From the NCBI RefSeq assembly GCF_009914755.1, contig NC_060931.1: a stretch of DNA of 64,000 nt. One strand, given 5' to 3'. The position numbers were made by a program, and so were the translations under genes. Source of the DNA: the human T2T-CHM13v2.0 reference genome, Homo sapiens. The notes under the pieces were generated by a model, which was given only the letters and a program-made list of their open reading frames with translations, did not search any database and was not told the DNA's origin. This document shows, in pieces, positions 59,519 to 64,000 of this stretch; position 1 is the first letter of the stretch; every line of letters starts with the position of its first letter.

Positions 59519-60267
59519 CAATATTTTATTCTTAATACTTTCTCCAAAACTTATCTCTAGGACATTTAGCCAGTTTCAAGCCTCTGTGTTATTTTGGAAC
59601 CAGAGTCAGACTCTGAGTTTTGATTTTCTTGACCTATCCTTGGGATATGTTTAGAATGTACAAGATTTGGTTGTGAGATTGTCAAAAGACATCACCTTAG
59701 GAGGTGAGATTGAGGGAGTTCCCAGCAAAGTGCAGAGAAATTTCACCCAAGCTCTACATGGCCCATGCTACTAGTTATGTGCTTACCATCCATTTTCCCT
59801 TTCCTCCTTACTAACAAAACTACAAAATAGACATCTTTAAGAAGCAGGAAATATGAAACAATACCCATATCAAAGACAATTATCAGAAAGGAAACAGACC
59901 TGCACAAATGTCCATCATGTCAGAGAAGCATCTAAAGTAACAGTGATAAATATGAAAAAGAACCCTCATGAAAAGATAATCATAATGTGTTTAAGAATGG
60001 AGAGTTTCTGAACAGATTAAAACTGTAAAGTTTAAATATATGAAATAAAACTTTATTGGATAAGGTTAACAGCAGATTAGATACAACATTTTAAAAAGAA
60101 CAGTGTGCCTGAAAACAGATCAAGAGAGATTATCCTAATTTTATCACAGAAATGAAAAGCTTTAGAAAAAAAGGCACAAAACCTTAATAACTTGTGGGAT
60201 AGTAGGTAACAGCCCCCCAGCCTGCCACACACACACACAGGAGAGAGAGAGAAAGGGAGGGAGAGAG

Positions 60268-60637
60268 AGTCTGAATGTCTGGGTCCTTCCAGAATTCTTA
60301 TTGAAATTTAATCCCCATTCAATTGTATTAAAAGGTGGGAATTTAAGGAGATTAGGATCATGAGACTCTGCCCTGTGAATGGGATTAATGCCCTTATAAA
60401 AGAGTAAGCATTGGTCCCTTCTGACCTTTTTCTCCTTCTGTAGTATGAGCACATAGCATTAGCCCCCTCTGGAAGACACAGCAAGGCACTATCTTAGAAG
60501 CAAGGAGTAAGCCTTTACCAGGCACAGAATCTGCTGATGCCTTGAGCTTGGATTTCCTAGCCTACAGAATTATGAGAAATAGATTTATATTATTTATAAA
60601 TTAACCAGTCTGTGGTATTTTGTTATAACACTACAAA
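60268..60637 (+). mobile_element. MaLR LTR (MSTD/MLT1A-like)
   Basis: ctgaatgtctgggtcc...gaatgggattaatgcccttataaaaga...ccagtctgtggtattttgttata. Confidence 0.75.
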
Positions 60638-61152
60638 CACACACATATCACACACACACATATACACATATACATACACACATGAATGCACACACACATA
60701 ATTGAAGATCCAGAGGGGAAAAGAGAGAAAATGGGCAGAAAAATATTTTAGAAAATATTAACTGAAAATATCTCATATTTGGTAAAAATTTTCAACCTAC
60801 TTATTCAAGATTTCAGTAACTTAGGCAGAATAACCTGAGTCACCTAGTTTCACAAGAGTCAAACTATTGTAAGTGAAAGATAGAAAAAGGTAATATCTTA
60901 AAAGCCACTGGAAGAAAAAGACACATACATGGGTGAAGAATGATAAAAATGAAGGTTGACTTCTCATTGGAAGCAATAAAGGCAAGAGCAAGTAAACATT
61001 TTAAATGCATTCATGTTTGTGTTTGTAGGATACTATTTGTAGAATAATATATCCAGTGAAAATATACTTCAAAATGAAGGTAAGATAAAGACATTAAGAT
61101 TGAAAAAGAAGGAATTGCTGTGAATACAGTCACACTTCAAGATAAGAATATT

Positions 61153-61258
61153 TTCCTTCCTTCCTTCCTTCCTTCCTTCCTTCCTTCCTTCCTTCCTTCC
61201 TTCCTTCTTTCTTCTTTCTTTATTTATCTTCTTTCTCTTCTTTCTTCTTTCTTTTTTT
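61153..61258 (+). repeat. (TTCC)n and pyrimidine-rich microsatellite
   Basis: Read directly. Confidence 0.95.
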
Positions 61259-61420
61259 CACATTTATTCCCCTTTTGTTAACTGATTTAAAAGGTAACTT
61301 TACAAAACAATATGCATATAATTGTATTGTAGAATCTATAACAGAGAAATATAATGTTTACTAATAAAAGTACAGAGAAGGTGATGGCAATAAAGCTATA
61401 TTGGAGTAAGAAAATGACAA

Positions 61421-64000
61421 GAGGGGGGAGGAGCTAAGATGGCCAAATAGGAACTCTTCCAGTCTACAGCTCCCAGTGTGAGCGATGCAGAAAACGGGTG
61501 ATTTCTGAATTTCCAACTGAGGTACCGGGTTCATCTCACTGGGGAATGCTGGACAGTGGATGCAGTGCACCATGTGTGAGCCGAAGCAGGGTGAGGCATT
61601 GCCTCACCAGGGAAGTGCAAGGGGTGAGGGAATTCCCCTTTCTAGTCAAAGAAAGTGGTGACAGACAGAACCTGAAAAATCGGGTCACTCCCAACCTAAT
61701 ACTGCACTTTTACAACGGGCTTAAAAAACGGCACACCAGGAGATTATATCCCGTGCCTGGCTCAGAGGATCCTATGCCCACGGAGTCTCTCTCATTGCTA
61801 GACAGCAGTCTGAGATCAAACTGTAAGGCGGCAGCGAGGCTTGGGGAGGGGTGCCTCCATTGCCAAGGCTTGAGTAGGTAAACAAAGCAGCTGGGAAGCT
61901 CAAACTGGGTGGAGCCCACCACAGCTCAGGGAGGCCTGCCTGCCTCTGTAGTCTCCACCTCTGGGGGCAGGGCAAAGAAAAACAAAAGGCGGCAGTAACG
62001 TCTGCAGACTTAAATGTCAGTGTCTGACAGCTTTGAAGAGAGTAGTGGTTCTCCCAGCATGCAGCTTGAGATCTGAGAACGGGCAGATTGCCTCCTCAAG
62101 AGCGTCCCTGACCACGAGTAGCCTAACTGGGAGGCACCCCCCAGTAGAGGTGGACTGATAACTCACATGGCTGGGTACTCCTCTGAGACAAAACTTCCAG
62201 AGGAATGATCAGGCAGCAGCATTTGCGGGTCACCAATATCTGCTGTTTTGCAGCCACCACTGCTGATACCCAGGAAAACAAGGTCTGGTGTGGACCTCCA
62301 GCAAACTCCAATAGACCTGCAGCTGAGGGTCCTGACTGTTAGAAGGAAAACTAACAAACAGAAAGGACATCCGCACCAAAAACCCATCTGTATGTCACCA
62401 TCATCAAAGATAAAAGGTAGATAAAACCATAAAGATGGGGAAAAACAGAACAGAAAAACTGGAAACTCTAAAAATCAGAGCACCTCTCCTCCTCCAAAGA
62501 AACACAGCTCCTCACCAGCAATGGAACAAAGCTGGATGGCGAATGACTTTGATGAGTTGAGAGAAGAAGGCTTCAGATGATGAAACTACTCCAAGCTAAA
62601 GGAGGAAGTTTGAAACCACGGGAAAGAAGCTAAAAACCTTGAAAAAAATTAGACACATGGCTAACTAGAATAACCAATGCAGAGAAGTCCTTAAAAGACC
62701 TGATGGAGCTGCAAACCAAGGCAACAGAACTACATGATAAATGCACAAGCCTCAGCAGCCGATTCAATCAACTGAAAGAAAGGGTATCAGTGATGGAAGA
62801 TGAAATGAATGAAATGAAGTGAAAACAGAAGTTTAGAGAAAAAAGCATAAAAAGAAATGAACAAAGCCTCCAAGAATTATGGGACTATGTGAAAAGACCA
62901 AATCTACGTCTGATTGGTGTACCTGAAAGTGACGGGGAGAATGGAACCAAGTTGGAAAACACTCCACAGGATATTATGCAGGAGAACTTCCCCAAACTAG
63001 CAAGGCAGGCCAATACTCAGATTCAGGAAATACAGAGAATGCCACAAAGATATTCCTCGAGAAGAGCAACTCCAAGACACATAATTGTCAGATTCATCAA
63101 AGTTGAAATGAAGGAAAAAATGTTAAGGACAGCCAGACAGAAAGGTCGGGTTACCCACAAAGGGAAGCCCATCAGACTAACAGCTGATCTTTTGGCAGAA
63201 ACTCTACAAGCCAGAAGAGAGTGGGGGACAATATTCAACATTCTTAAAGAAAAGAATTTTCAACCCAGAATTCCATATCCAGCCAAAATAAGCTTCAAAA
63301 GTGAAGGAGAAATAAAATACAGACAAGCAAATGCTGAGAGATTTTGTCACCACCAGGCCTGCCCTAAAAGAACTCCTGAAGGAAGCACTAACATGGAAAT
63401 GAACAACCAGTACCAACCACTGCAAAAACGTGCCAAACTGTAAAGACCATCAAGGCTAGGAAGAAACTGCATCAAGTAACAAGCAAAATAATCAGCTAAC
63501 ATCATAATGATAGGATCAAATTCCCACGTAACAATATTAAACTTAAATGTAAATGGGCTAAATGCTCCAATTAAAAGTCACAGACTGGCAAATTGGATAT
63601 AGAGTCAAGACCCATCAGTGTGCTGTATTCAGGAAACCCATCTGACGTGCAGAGACACACATAGGCTGCAAATAAAGGGATGGAGGAAGATCTACCAAGC
63701 AAATGCAAAACAAAAAAAGGCAGGGTTTGCAATCCTAGTCTCTGATAAAACAGGCTTTAAACCAACAAAGATCAAAATAATCAAAGAAGGCCATTACATA
63801 ATGGTAAAGGGATCAATTCAACAAAAAGAGCTATCCTAAATATATATGCACCCAATACAGGAGCACCCAGATTCATAAAGCAAGTACTTAGTGACCTACA
63901 AAGAGACTTAGACTCCCACACAATAATAATGGGAGACTTCAACACCCCACTGTCAACATTAGACAGATCAACGAGACAGAAAGTTAACAAGGATATCCAC
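61421..64000 (+). mobile_element. L1 (L1PA4/PA5-like) from its 5' end through disrupted ORF1 into ORF2; runs off the window
   Basis: gggggaggagctaagatggcc start, ~1-kb 5' UTR, ORF1 remnants with stops, ORF2 endonuclease start. Confidence 0.95.

Larger units (their letters stand above)
59810..61420 (+). mobile_element. Old L1M ORF1-region fragments, interrupted by a MaLR LTR and microsatellites
   Basis: A-rich ORF1-like sequence (aacagcagattagatacaa; gacttctcattggaagcaat; agaataatatatccagtgaaaatatacttcaaaatgaagg). Confidence 0.6.

Overview
Primate (protein matches human) genomic DNA from the GIMAP cluster, which is on human chr7q36.1 by recall. It holds one intact gene, GIMAP4 (+ strand, 3 exons, 329 aa AIG1-family GTPase, ~31.66-38.27 kb). 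The rest is mostly nested transposable elements: seven primate L1PA-type copies, older L1M/L2 fragments, two Alus and a FLAM, MaLR (MSTA/MLT1) elements, an ERV1 (MER4-group) provirus, a MER11 solo LTR, an ERVL pol relic and two deleted HERV-K-superfamily proviruses (LTR14-type and HML-6/LTR3-type). There is also an ALDH7A1 retrocopy fragment. No prokaryote-type systems, RNA genes or CRISPR arrays were seen. Best leads: (1) the 5'-LTR-less LTR14-type provirus, divergent from the GIMAP4 promoter, keeps an open two-exon Rec-like frame with all splice signals but a GTG start; (2) the ALDH7A1 fragment lies in sense orientation inside a rearranged MSTA element, suggesting LTR-mediated mRNA capture; (3) a MER41 (ERV1) 3' end is embedded in the HML-6 provirus; (4) an L1-in-L1 insertion makes a ~0.6-kb-arm inverted repeat; (5) two inverted L1PA copies share a short tract of non-consensus variants. 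Repeat family and subfamily names come from my recall of consensus sequences, not from a search.
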